This document shows, one piece after another, positions 37,540-47,995 of a DNA stretch of 64,000 nucleotides (the first letter of the stretch is position 1; each line of letters opens with the position of its first letter). The translations under genes and the position numbers were made by a program. A model generated the notes under the pieces. It had not been told where the DNA came from, ran no database searches, and saw nothing but the letters and a program-made list of their open reading frames with translations. Source of the DNA: Octopus sinensis (Eukaryota); contig NC_043023.1 of the NCBI RefSeq assembly GCF_006345805.1, positions 18,848,001 to 18,912,000 on the forward strand, written 5' to 3'.

Positions 37540-38135
37540 TCTTTACTACCCACAGGGGCTGAACACAGAGGGGACAAACAAGGACAGACAAACGGATTAA
37601 GTCGATTACATCGACCCCAGTGCTTAACTGGTACTCAATTTATCGACCCCCAAAAGGATGAAAGGCAAAGTCGACCTCGGCGGAATTTGAGCTCAGAACG
37701 TAACGACAGACGAAATACCTATTTCTTTACTATCCACGAGGGGCTAAACACAGAGGGGACAAACAGGGACAGACAAGGGGATTAAGTCGATTACATCGAC
37801 CCCAGTGCGTAACTGGTACTTTATTTATCGACCTCGAAAGGATGAAACACAAAGTCGACCTCGGCGGAATTTGAACTCAGAACGTAACGGCAGACGAAAT
37901 ACCTATTTCTTTACTACCCACGAGGGGCTAAACAAAGAGGGGACAAACAAGGACAGACAAGGGGATTAAGTCGATTACATCGACCCCAGTGCGAAACTGG
38001 TACTTTATTTATCGACCCCGAAAGGATGAAAGGCAAAGTCGACCTCGGCGGAATTTGAACTCAGAACATAACGGTAGACGAAATACGGCTACGCATTTCG
38101 CCCGGCCTGCTAACGATTCTGCAAGCTCGCCACCT
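37540..38135 (-). mobile_element. SINE family B tandem multimer
   Basis: Three bodies plus one head. Confidence 0.88.
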
Positions 38136-38477
38136 TGCGTGTCCGCTGCCCTAACCACTCACTGCTGCTGTTGTGATGATTTTTGTTGTTGTTGCTGTTG
38201 ATTTGTTGTTGTTGTCGTCGTCATCGTCATCGTCGTCGTCGTCGTCGCTGATGTTGTTTACTGTTTTGTGTTTTATTGTTTGTAGTTTCTTTTCTTCTTT
38301 CCATGGGAGTGGCAACCGACTCGTATGGCTGACTACTATGTCAGATCGTTTAACTACGACGTAAGAGGTGAGGCGAATACATTTCCTCCAAAAACTTCTC
38401 CTCTATTTAAATTAATGGAAGATACGGGTGGGAGAAATTCTCGGGTATCAGTTCTGTCATTAGAATTGGGAGAAAAG

Positions 38478-38920
38478 CGACGAGCTGGCAGAAACGTTAG
38501 CAGGCCGGGTGAAATGCTTAGCGGTATTTCGTCTGTCCAAATTCCGCCGAGGTCGTCTTTACCTTTCATCAATTCGGGGTCGATTAAATAAGTACCAGTT
38601 ACGCACTGGGGTCGATATAACCGACTTAATCCGTTTGTCTGTCCTTGTTTGTCCCCTCTGTGTTTAGCCCCTTGTGGGTAGTAAAGAAATAGGTATTTCG
38701 TCTGCCTCTACGTTCTCAGTTCAAATTTCGCCGAGGTCATCTTTGCCTTTCATCCTTTCGGGGTCGATTAAATAAGTACCAGTTATGCACTGGGGTCGAT
38801 ATAATCGACTTAATCCGTTTGTCTGTCCTTGTTTGTCCCCTCTGTGTTTAGCCCCTTGTGGGTAGTAAAGAAATAGGTATTTCGTCTGCCTCTACGTTCT
38901 GAGTTCAAATTTCGCCGAGT
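38478..38920 (+). mobile_element. SINE family B tandem multimer
   Basis: Head plus repeated bodies. Confidence 0.85.
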
Positions 38921-39142
38921 AGGGAAAAGCTTGGGAAGAGCTTCGATGGGAGCGGGGAGCAAACTTTTCCGCAGTCGATGTTGTGTTGCAGATGTACTCA
39001 GCCGTTCATGGGGTTGTTGTGGATGTGGTCGTGGCGTTGTTAACAGAGGTCGCTTCGGTTTCTTTAATTGAAAGTAGAAAGATGCGTGTGAGGCTGTTGA
39101 TAGGGAGCTGGTCAGTTGCAGCAACTTCACAAAATATTTTCA

Positions 39143-39490
39143 TAGGCGCAGGAGTGGCTGTGTGGTAAGTAGCTTGTTTACCAACCACATGGTTCCGGGT
39201 TCAGTCCCACTGCGTGCATCTTGGGCAAGTGTTTTTCTGCTATACCCCCGGCCGACCAATGCCTTGTGAGTGGATTGGTAGACGGAAACTGAAAGAAGCC
39301 TGTCGTATATTATATATATATATATGGTGTGTTTACGTCCCTGTCACTTAGCGGTTCGGCGAAAGAGTCCGATAGAATAAGTACTGGGCTTACAAAGAAT
39401 AAGTCCCGGGGTCGATTTGCTCGACTAAAGGCGGTGCTCCAGCATGGCCGCAGTCAAATGACTGAAACGAAAAAGAAAAAGAGTAAAAAG
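39143..39490 (+). mobile_element. SINE family A
   Basis: Match with internal deletion. Confidence 0.85.
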
Positions 39491-39589
39491 AGTATGGGAT
39501 CTGAAGGGAGACGAAATATTGATGGAAAGTAAAACAAGAAAAAAAAAGCAAGAACATTACACAAATACACATACACTCACACAGATGAT

Positions 39590-39921
39590 TGATTCTAGTT
39601 TCAGCTCACGAGCTGTGGCCATGCTGGGGCACCACCATTTGGTGTTGCTACATAATTTTACTTCACGAATGCTTTTTAACAAATGCCATTTGGTGCATTA
39701 GAGAGTTCGATGCAGCTGCCCTCATCTGCACCTCCTGCCGTGAAGTTGCTTCATCTGGGACAACCTGACAGGAAGAGATCCAGTTTCAATTTAAAGACAT
39801 CCGCATCCACCCCATGCAGGTCACTCAGGTTCTTCGGGAGGATATTGAAGAATTGTGGGCCTCTGAAGCCCAGGCTATCACAGTATCTTGTCCTACATCT
39901 TGATGGCAAATTTGGAAATAT
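39590..39921 (-). mobile_element. CR1-clade LINE, 3' end
   Basis: Minus strand YCDSLGFRGPQFFNILPKNL..DVFKLKLDL and the family 3' UTR. Confidence 0.85.
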
Positions 39922-40129
39922 GAATAGGTATTTCGTCTGCCGCTACGTTATACATAAGTATAATAAGTATATGTGTGTGTGTGTGCATGTGTATACAGGG
40001 GCGATTGATGTTCAGTTTGTCTTCGACATTATCAATCATTAAAGCTATAATCTATAATTATGAATGACCTGTAGTCACGTGGTATTTCATTATGCAGCCA
40101 TTGCGTTAGCAGTACTCTCTTTCTCTTTT

Positions 40130-40338
40130 TCTCTCTCTTTTACTTGTTTCAGTTATTTTGACTGCGGCCATGCTGGAGCACCGCCTTTAGTCGAGCAAAT
40201 CGACCCTGGAACTTATTCCTTTGTAAGCCCAGCACTTATTCTATCGGTCTCTTTTGCCAAACCGCTAAGTGACGGGGACGTAAACACACCAGCATCGGTT
40301 GTCAAGCAATTCTAGGGGGACAAACACAGACACACAAT

Positions 40339-40372
<34 letters not shown>

Positions 40373-40542
40373 CATATATACGACGGGCTTCTTTCAGTTT
40401 CCGTCTACCAAATCCACTCACAAGGCATTGGTCGGCCCGGGGCTATAGCAGAAGACACTTGCCCAAGATGCCATGCAGTGGGACTGAACCCGGAACCATG
40501 TGGTTGGTTAGCAAGCTACTTACCACACAGCCACTCCTGCGC
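40130..40542 (-). mobile_element. SINE family A
   Basis: Full-length reverse-complement match. Confidence 0.9.
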
Positions 40543-40578
40543 CAAAGTACTCTTTGCATTTTGTTAAGATTATTTCTC

Positions 40579-41205
40579 GTGGAGGCGCAATGGCCCAGTG
40601 GTTAGGGCAGCAGACTCGCGGTCTTAGGATCGCGGTTTCGATTCCCAGACCGGATTTTCCGAGTGTTTATTGAGCGAAAACACCTAAAGCTCCACGAGGC
40701 TCCGGCAGGGGGTGGTGGTGAACCCTGCTGTACTCTTTCACCACAACTTTCTCTCACTCCTTATTCCTGTTTCTGCTGTACCTGTATTTCAAAGGGATCA
40801 GCCTTTTTCTTTACTACCCACAAGGGGCTAAACACAGAGAGGACAAACGATGACAGAGAAACGGATCAAGTCGATTACATCGACCCCAGTGTCTCACTGG
40901 TACTTAATTTATCGACCACGAAAGGATGAAAGGCAAAGTCGACCTCGTTGGAATTTGAACTCGGAACGTAACGGCAGACGAAATACGGCTACGCATTTCG
41001 CCCGGCGTGCTAACGTTTCTGCCAGCTTACCGCCTTTAAAGGGGCCGGCCTTGTCACACTCTGTGTCACGCTGAATCTCCCCCGAGAACTACGTTAAGGG
41101 TACACGTGTCTTTTGAATACTCAGCCAGTTGCATGTTAATTTCACGAGCAGGCTGTTCCGTTGATCGGATCAACTGGAACACTCGTCGTCGTAACCGACG
41201 GAGTA
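40579..41205 (+). mobile_element. SINE family C interrupted by a minus-strand SINE family B (~40803-41035)
   Basis: Family C sequence stops at tttcaaaggg and resumes at tttaaaggggccggcc. Confidence 0.85.
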
Positions 41206-41494
41206 CCAGTCAGTCAAGATTATTTCTACAGAAATTACAGAAATTATTTCCACAGATATTCGTACGGATTTCTATAATTTCTGTAGAAATAGTCTCAATA
41301 AAATTCTATAATTATGTTCCCCACATTGAATTAACATTGAATTCAGGTTTGTAAGTTTAAACATTAAACTGAAAGTCAACTGAAAGATAAAACCATCTTT
41401 GTCCTTCGAAGAATTTACAATGGAAAAGAATTGACATTGAAGTTACTGGTATTTTGTATTTACTTCTTTTGCAGATTAATCCACGTCTCAAAAT

Positions 41495-41676
41495 ATGTTC
41501 AGTCAATTCAAATCAATTTTTGTGTTGATACTCTCTATGAGTTTCTGTTTGGAGTCTCATGCGGCGTCAGACATTTGCAGCATATGCAAATGTGAAAATT
41601 CCAAGACAAATATAGATTGTTCATCTCGGGGACTGAATTCGATCCCGCAACCCATTCCACTGAATGTCGCATATTT
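41495..41676 (+). CDS. LRR protein, first coding exon: signal peptide plus LRRNT cap
   Basis: MFSQFKSIFVLILSMSFCLESHA signal-like; CSICKC..IDCSSRGLNSIPQPIP is an LRRNT; acceptor ttcttttgcag at 41474, in-frame TAA at 41477-41479 upstream of the ATG, donor GTAAGT at 41677 (phase 2). Confidence 0.92.
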
Positions 41677-41784
41677 GTAAGTATTAGACATTTTCTACAT
41701 ATTTTCCACATTGAGTGTTTTAAATTCTAGTTGGTTATGTTCTTCACTAATACCTTGTTGTTGATCTCAGCTTTAAAACATGAT

Positions 41785-42210
41785 ACCTATTTCTTTACTA
41801 CCCACAATGGGTTAAACACAGAGGGGACAAACAAGGACAGACAAACGGATTAAGTCGATTATATCGACCCCAGTGCGTAACTGGTACTTAATTTATCGAC
41901 CCCGAAAGATGAAAGGCAAAGTCGACCTCGGCGGAATTTGAACTCAGAACGCAACGGCAGACGAAATACCTACTTCTTTACTACCCGCAAGGGGTAAACA
42001 CAAAGGGGACAAACAAGGACAGACAAACGGATTAAGTCGATTACATCGACCCCAGTGCGTAACTGGTACTTAATTTATCGACCCCGAAATGATGAAAGGC
42101 AAAGTCGACCTCGGCGGAATTTGAACACAGAACGTAACAGCAGACGAAATACCTATTTCTTTACTACCCACAAGGGGCTAATTATAGAGGGGACAAACAA
42201 GGACAGACAA
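41785..42210 (-). mobile_element. SINE family B tandem bodies in intron 1
   Basis: Repeated family B bodies. Confidence 0.85.
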
Positions 42211-42384
42211 TACTATTACATTTATCAATACACGTATGTTGGTCATTGTTATATTTGGTGTAGAAAACGTTTTAATAAGAAGGATTTGAATGTGACTAAA
42301 TCTCCACTCTCCTCCACCAACTACATTACCACCACCACCACCATCATCATCAAATTCTTCATCTTCGTATTCTACTTTCCATCC

Positions 42385-42544
42385 AGGAGTGGCTGTGTGG
42401 TAAGTAGCTTGCTTACCAACCACATGGCTCCGGGTTCAGTCCCACTGCGTGGCACCTTGGGCAAGTCTCTTCTGCTATAGCCTTGGGCCGACCAATGCCT
42501 TGTGAGTGGATTTGGTAGACGGAAACTGAAAGAAGCCCGTCGTA

Positions 42545-42587
<43 letters not shown>

Positions 42588-42942
42588 TTGTGTGTGTATA
42601 TGTGTGTGTGTCTGTGTTTGTCCCCCCAATATCACTTGACAACCGATGCTGGTGTGTTTACGTCACCGTAACCTAGCGGTTCGGCAAAAGTGACCGATAG
42701 AATAAGTACTAGGCTTACAAAAGAATAAGTCCCGGGGTCGATTTGCTCGACTAAAGGCAGTGCTCCAGCATGGCCACAGTCAAATGACTGAAACAAGTAA
42801 AAGAGTAAAAGAGAAAAGAGACTGATAGAATAAGTACTGAGCTTACAAAAGAATAAGTCCCGGGGTCGATTTGCTCGACTAAATGCGGTGCTCCAGCATG
42901 GCCGCAGTCAAATGACTGAAACAAGTAAAAGGATAAAAGAGT
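42385..42942 (+). mobile_element. SINE family A with duplicated tail, in intron 1
   Basis: Match to family consensus. Confidence 0.88.
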
Positions 42943-42957
42943 AATCCTTTAGCCATA

Positions 42958-43350
42958 ATCTCTATATATAAAACTGTAGTTGTGTGAGTGTCTGCCCCCT
43001 TCGATTTAGATTCCCAACTACTCCCACATTTTGCGGTGCAGTTTAACCAAAACCGGGTATCTTAATGTCGTGATTCATATCGAGCCCTTCTGGGTATTAG
43101 CGCGTGTCTACGATGAGTCTACGATTTTAAAAATAATTTACCATCATTTTTTTCCAATTTCATGCATATTTTTTTAAAGGGAAGTAACTCTCTAAAAATG
43201 TCTACGATGAGTCAACGATTTAAAAAAAAATTTACCATCATATTTTTTCCATTTTTAATGCATTTTTTTGCTATTTTTTGGCTATAACTGTCTAAAAATG
43301 CTGTATAGTTATTTCCCTTACAAACCCGAGCAACGCCGGGCGATACTGCT
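42958..43350 (-). mobile_element. Internally deleted Helitron-like element
   Basis: Both termini of the 500-bp element are present, the middle is missing. Confidence 0.7.
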
Positions 43351-43416
43351 TGTATCTAATATTCTGTCACAAACCTATTTCATGCCAATTCCTCTCGACA
43401 CAATTTTATTTTACAG

Positions 43417-43488
43417 GAATTTTCGTGGTAATAATATCACAGAAACCCAAGCCGGAACCTTCCGAAATCTTTCCAGTTTGGCAACTCT
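43417..43488 (+). CDS. LRR protein, 72-nt LRR exon
   Basis: ttttacAG|G..CT|GTAAGT; encodes (L)NFRGNNITETQAGTFRNLSSLAT(L), fitting LxLxxNxIxxxxxxxFxxLxxL; phase 2-2. Confidence 0.92.
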
Positions 43489-43649
43489 GTAAGTTGGACC
43501 AGTCTCCTTTTATGGCATTTCATTGATGATATATTTCTAAACATGTCATACCTTCCCGTCCACAATTTCAAGTTACCTCACCCATTTTTTCCTTATAAGT
43601 AAGCTCATTGTCATCAACACTGCTACCATATCTTATACCTTTCCGCCTC

Positions 43650-44208
43650 ACCATCGAATTAAACTCTGCAACCACGACCACCACCATGACCACCACCACG
43701 ACCACCACCACGACCACCACCACGACCACGACCACCACCACCACCACCACCTTCGCCCACACGTTCACCACGTTCACCACCACCACCACCACCACCATCA
43801 CCACCACCACCACCACCACCGCCACCGCCACCGCCGCCGACGCTGACGCTAACGCCGCCGCCGCCACCTCCATCGCTACCACCACCACCGCCACCACCGC
43901 CGCCACCACCACCACCACCACCTTCACCACCACCATCGCCGCCGCCACCACCACCACCAACTTCCACCGCCGCCGCCGACTCCTCCATCGCTACCACATC
44001 CACCGCCACCACCGCCGCCACCACCACCACCACCACCACCTTCACCACCACCATCGCCGCCGCCACCACCAGCAACACCACCACCACCAACTTCCACCGC
44101 CGCCGCCGCCTCCTCCATCGCTACCACCACCACCACCGACACCACCTTCACCACCACCGTCGCCGCCACCACCACCACCCACACCGCCAACAACCACTCC
44201 ATTACCGC

Positions 44209-44248
<40 letters not shown>

Positions 44249-44250
44249 GT
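43650..44250. repeat. (CAC/CGC/CAT)n low-complexity intronic tract
   Basis: Directly visible; explains the poly-T/H/P/V/G ORFs. Confidence 0.9.
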
Positions 44251-44378
44251 CAAATTCATCGTCTTCGTAATCTACTTTCTCTCTCTCTTTCCTCTTCTAA
44301 TTCTTTATCCATAATATTTCCTCTTCTGTCACAAATTTCTTCCGTACAAGTTCCTCTTCACTCAGTTTTATGTTTCAG

Positions 44379-44450
44379 GGAATTGGGTGATAACAACCTC
44401 AACGAAATCAAGGCAGGGACATTCAAGAACCTTCCCAGTTTAACAACTCT
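44379..44450 (+). CDS. LRR protein, 72-nt LRR exon
   Basis: tgtttcAG|G..CT|GTAAGT; encodes (L)ELGDNNLNEIKAGTFKNLPSLTT(L); phase 2-2. Confidence 0.92.
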
Positions 44451-44621
44451 GTAAGTTGAATCAGTTTTTCTTTATAGTACTTCATCGATTGATTGATTCT
44501 AGTTTCAGTACACGAGCTGTGGCCATGCTGGGGCACCGCCATTGATGACATATCTCTAAATATGTAATGCCTTCCCCTTCCTCCTTCTTCTCCTCCTCCT
44601 CCTCCTCCTCTTCTTCTTCTT

Positions 44622-44721
44622 NNNNNNNNNNNNNNNNNNNNNNNNNNNNNNNNNNNNNNNNNNNNNNNNNNNNNNNNNNNNNNNNNNNNNNNNNNNNNNN
44701 NNNNNNNNNNNNNNNNNNNNN
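44622..44721. other. Assembly gap (100 N)
   Basis: Run of exactly 100 N, typical of a scaffolding gap of unknown size. Confidence 0.98.
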
Positions 44722-44749
44722 TATATGGGTATACAGTTGTGTATATGTA

Positions 44750-46298
44750 TGTATATTGCTGATGACCTTGCTCTAATTGCTGAGTCACTATCAGAACTGG
44801 AGGAGAAGTTTCAGGTGTGGAAACAAGGATTAGAATCGAAGGGGCCTTAGAATCAACCTAGCTAAAACTGAAGTCCTAATAAGTAGGAAGGTAGACAAAT
44901 CACCAACGCCTTCAGGTAGATGGCCCTCCTCGATCTGTAGAAAAGGCATAGGTAGAAACTCTATAAAGTGCACCAAGTGTAAGCTATGGACACATAAGAG
45001 GTGCAGCAATGTCAAAGGAAGGCTAACTGGGAAAATAGTTTTAGTATGTGGCAGATGCTCAGGAGCAATAAACACTGAAAATGCGCAGAGACCAACTTCC
45101 GCCACATTCCAGGAAGAAAAACTAGAAATAGTTGATAGCTTCCGTTACCTAGGTGACCAAGTCAGTAGCGGGGGTGGGTGTGCTGAAAATGTAGCTGCTA
45201 GAGTAAGAATAGCCTGGGCAAAGTTCAGAGAGCTCTTACCTCTGCTGGCGATAAAGGGCCTCTCGTTCAGAGTAAAAGGCAGACTGTATGACGCATGTGT
45301 ACAAACAGCCATGCTACATGGCAGTGAAACTTGGGCCGTGACTGCTGAGGATATGCGTAAGCTCACAAGAAATGAAGCCAGTATGCTCCGATGGATGTGT
45401 AATGTCAGTGTTCATACCCGACAGAGTGTAAGTACCTTGAGAGAAATGTTGGACCTAAGAAGCATCAGTTGTGGTGTGCAAGAGAGACGTTTGCACTGGT
45501 ATGGTCATGTGGTGAGAATGGATGAAGATAGTTGTGTGAAAAAGTGCCACACCCTGGCGGTTGAGGGAACCTGTGGAAGAGGTAGACCCAGGAAGACCTG
45601 GGATGAAGTGGTGAAGCACGACCTTCAAACATTGGGCCTCACTGAGGCAATTACTAATGACCGGGACCTCTGGAAATATGCTGTGCTGCAGAAGACTCGG
45701 CAAGCGCAAGTGTGACCATAACCTTGTGGCCTATGCTAGGGGGTAACCAGTCCCCTTATGTGTGCCTTTTCTTCATTGGACACTAAACTCTGCTTGTGAA
45801 GACCAGTTGAGGCAAGTGAAATCGAAGTCGAAATCAAACTTGGTGACTGGTATCCGTTGCTAGTGGAGCGCTAAGAGTACCATACGAGTGAGATCGTTGC
45901 CAGAGCAACAAGCTGGCCTTTGCGCCAATGGTAAGTTAAAAACACCATTCGAGTGTGGTTGTCACCTGCATCGCCTTACTGGCACTTGTGCTGGTGGCAC
46001 ATGAAAAAAACATTCGAGTGAGATCGTTGCCAGTGCCACTGGACTGGCTCCTGTGCAGGTGGCACACAAAAAGCACCATTTGGGCGTGGCCGTTGCCAGT
46101 ACCACCAAACTGGCCCCTATGCCGGTGGCACATAAAAGCACCCACTACACTCTCGTAGTGGTTGGCATTAGGAAAGGCATCCACCTGTAGAAACTCTGCC
46201 AGATCAGATTGGAGTCTGGTTCGCCAGACCTCAGTCAAATCGTCCAACCCAAGCTAGCATGGAAAGCGGACGTTAAACGATGATGATGATGATGATGA
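44750..46298 (+). mobile_element. 5'-truncated RTE-clade LINE
   Basis: ADDLALIAES, Cys-rich insert, FRYLGDQV, LHGSETW, RRLHWYGHVVRM, RGRPRKTW; long 3' UTR ending in (TGA)n. Confidence 0.9.
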
Positions 46299-46724
46299 TA
46301 TATATATATATAATAATAATATTAGGGAGTATAACTCCAAACTTACAGGGGAAAATTCAATTTAGTATTAAATCAAATTTTACAATATAAATATATAATA
46401 TCTATAAATTCGAGATAAAACCACTATTATGCAATTCAAACAATGATAGACATAAACCAAATCATAAATAAAAAATAAAATGTATTTTTTTAAAACATAT
46501 AACTAGATCACAAAAAGTATAAAAATGAATAATCAGTATTATTACTAAGTCATGGGGATGTAAACATACTAATATTGGTTGTCAAGCAGTTGAGGGAGAC
46601 AAGCATAGAAAGACACACACACACACACACACACATAGATATTGCTTCTCAGTCTTATGGCTAAGATCAAGGTCTAATATCTACTCTTAACAGTTTAATA
46701 TATATATATATATATGTATATATA

Positions 46725-46958
46725 ACGGGAAGCTTTATGAAAATAAACAAAAGACGAAGGCAGGTTTAAGGAAATAAACAAAAGACGAAGGCAGGTGGAA
46801 TACAAACGAACAATTGTATTAGTATGGCGCTCAGGAAATATAAATAAAACAAGTCTTTAACGTTTCGAGCCTACGCTCTTCAACAGAAAGATACACAGAG
46901 AGAGAAAAACACAGAAAGAAGGAGAGAAAAAAATATGCGTGCAGAGGCTAGCGAATCA

Positions 46959-46960
<2 letters not shown>
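46725..46960 (-). mobile_element. Penelope-associated-type short repeat with a variant minimal hammerhead motif
   Basis: Minus strand TCTTT-CTGTTGA-A-GAGC-gtag-GCTC-GAAACGTT-AAAGA at 46854-46891. Confidence 0.55.
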
Positions 46961-46995
<35 letters not shown>

Positions 46996-47031
46996 ATATA
47001 TATGTATGCATATATATATATATGTATGTAG

Positions 47032-47116
<85 letters not shown>

Positions 47117-47196
47117 CATGTATGCATGTATGTATGTATGTATGTGTGTATATATATATATATATGTATGTATGTATGTATATATGTATGTATGTG

Positions 47197-47245
<49 letters not shown>

Positions 47246-47260
47246 GTATATATATGTGTG

Positions 47261-47293
<33 letters not shown>

Positions 47294-47316
47294 GTATATA
47301 TATATGTATGTATGTG

Positions 47317-47356
<40 letters not shown>

Positions 47357-47470
47357 TATATTTATGTATATATATATATGTATATATATGTGTGTATGTA
47401 TGTATGTATATATATATATATATATGTATGTATATATGTATGTATGTATATATATATATATACATACATA
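46960..47470. repeat. (TA)n/(TATG)n microsatellite
   Basis: Directly visible. Confidence 0.95.
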
Positions 47471-47888
47471 TGCCCATAAGCCCTCGGATTCTTCAGCAAG
47501 AAATAGCTCAAGTCGGAACAGATATTTACACGAGGCATACCCAATCTTGCCAAGTCAATATCTGACCTAAAATTTTCAAATCGTCGCACTCGCGCCAAAT
47601 TTATCGGCAGCAAATAAATATCAGCCGTCGATTCCATTACGGAATTAACCAAAAAATTCATAATTAATCAATATAGGGTGGCAAGGAAAATTTTGTAGAA
47701 TTTTATTGCCACCAGCGGCCCAGTGGGAAAAAATTAAATAGTCATAGACCATTTTTAAGTTCAACATTAACAATTAAGGAACGGCCATAATAGGCCATTC
47801 ACCCACTAGAAATAACAGCCAAAGCTTCTACCGCAAATAAAGATTAATTCCGTAAACAGGAGAAAATTAAAAAAACATTTACCCTGTA

Positions 47889-47995
47889 ATTTCTTGTACG
47901 GTATACCGTTTCATCCGCTGTTTAATGGTAAACTAACCTGATTAAATTAAATCAAGCCAATCTTCCATAAGCCCTCGGATTCTTCAGCAAGAAAT
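47889..47995 (-). ncRNA. Type I hammerhead ribozyme, 490-bp family (first complete copy; recurs at each unit junction)
   Basis: Minus strand ATTTCTTG-CTGAAGA-ATCCG..CGGAT-GAA-ACGGTATACCGT-A-CAAGAAAT: 8-bp helix I, 5-bp helix II plus long extension, 12-nt palindromic helix III, GUA site. Confidence 0.92.

Noticed and set aside
39006-39188. Thr-rich 60-aa ORF (..MKIFCEVAATDQ..) as a mucin-like exon
   Set aside because: Starts in a SINE, no convincing splice sites, no recognisable homology.
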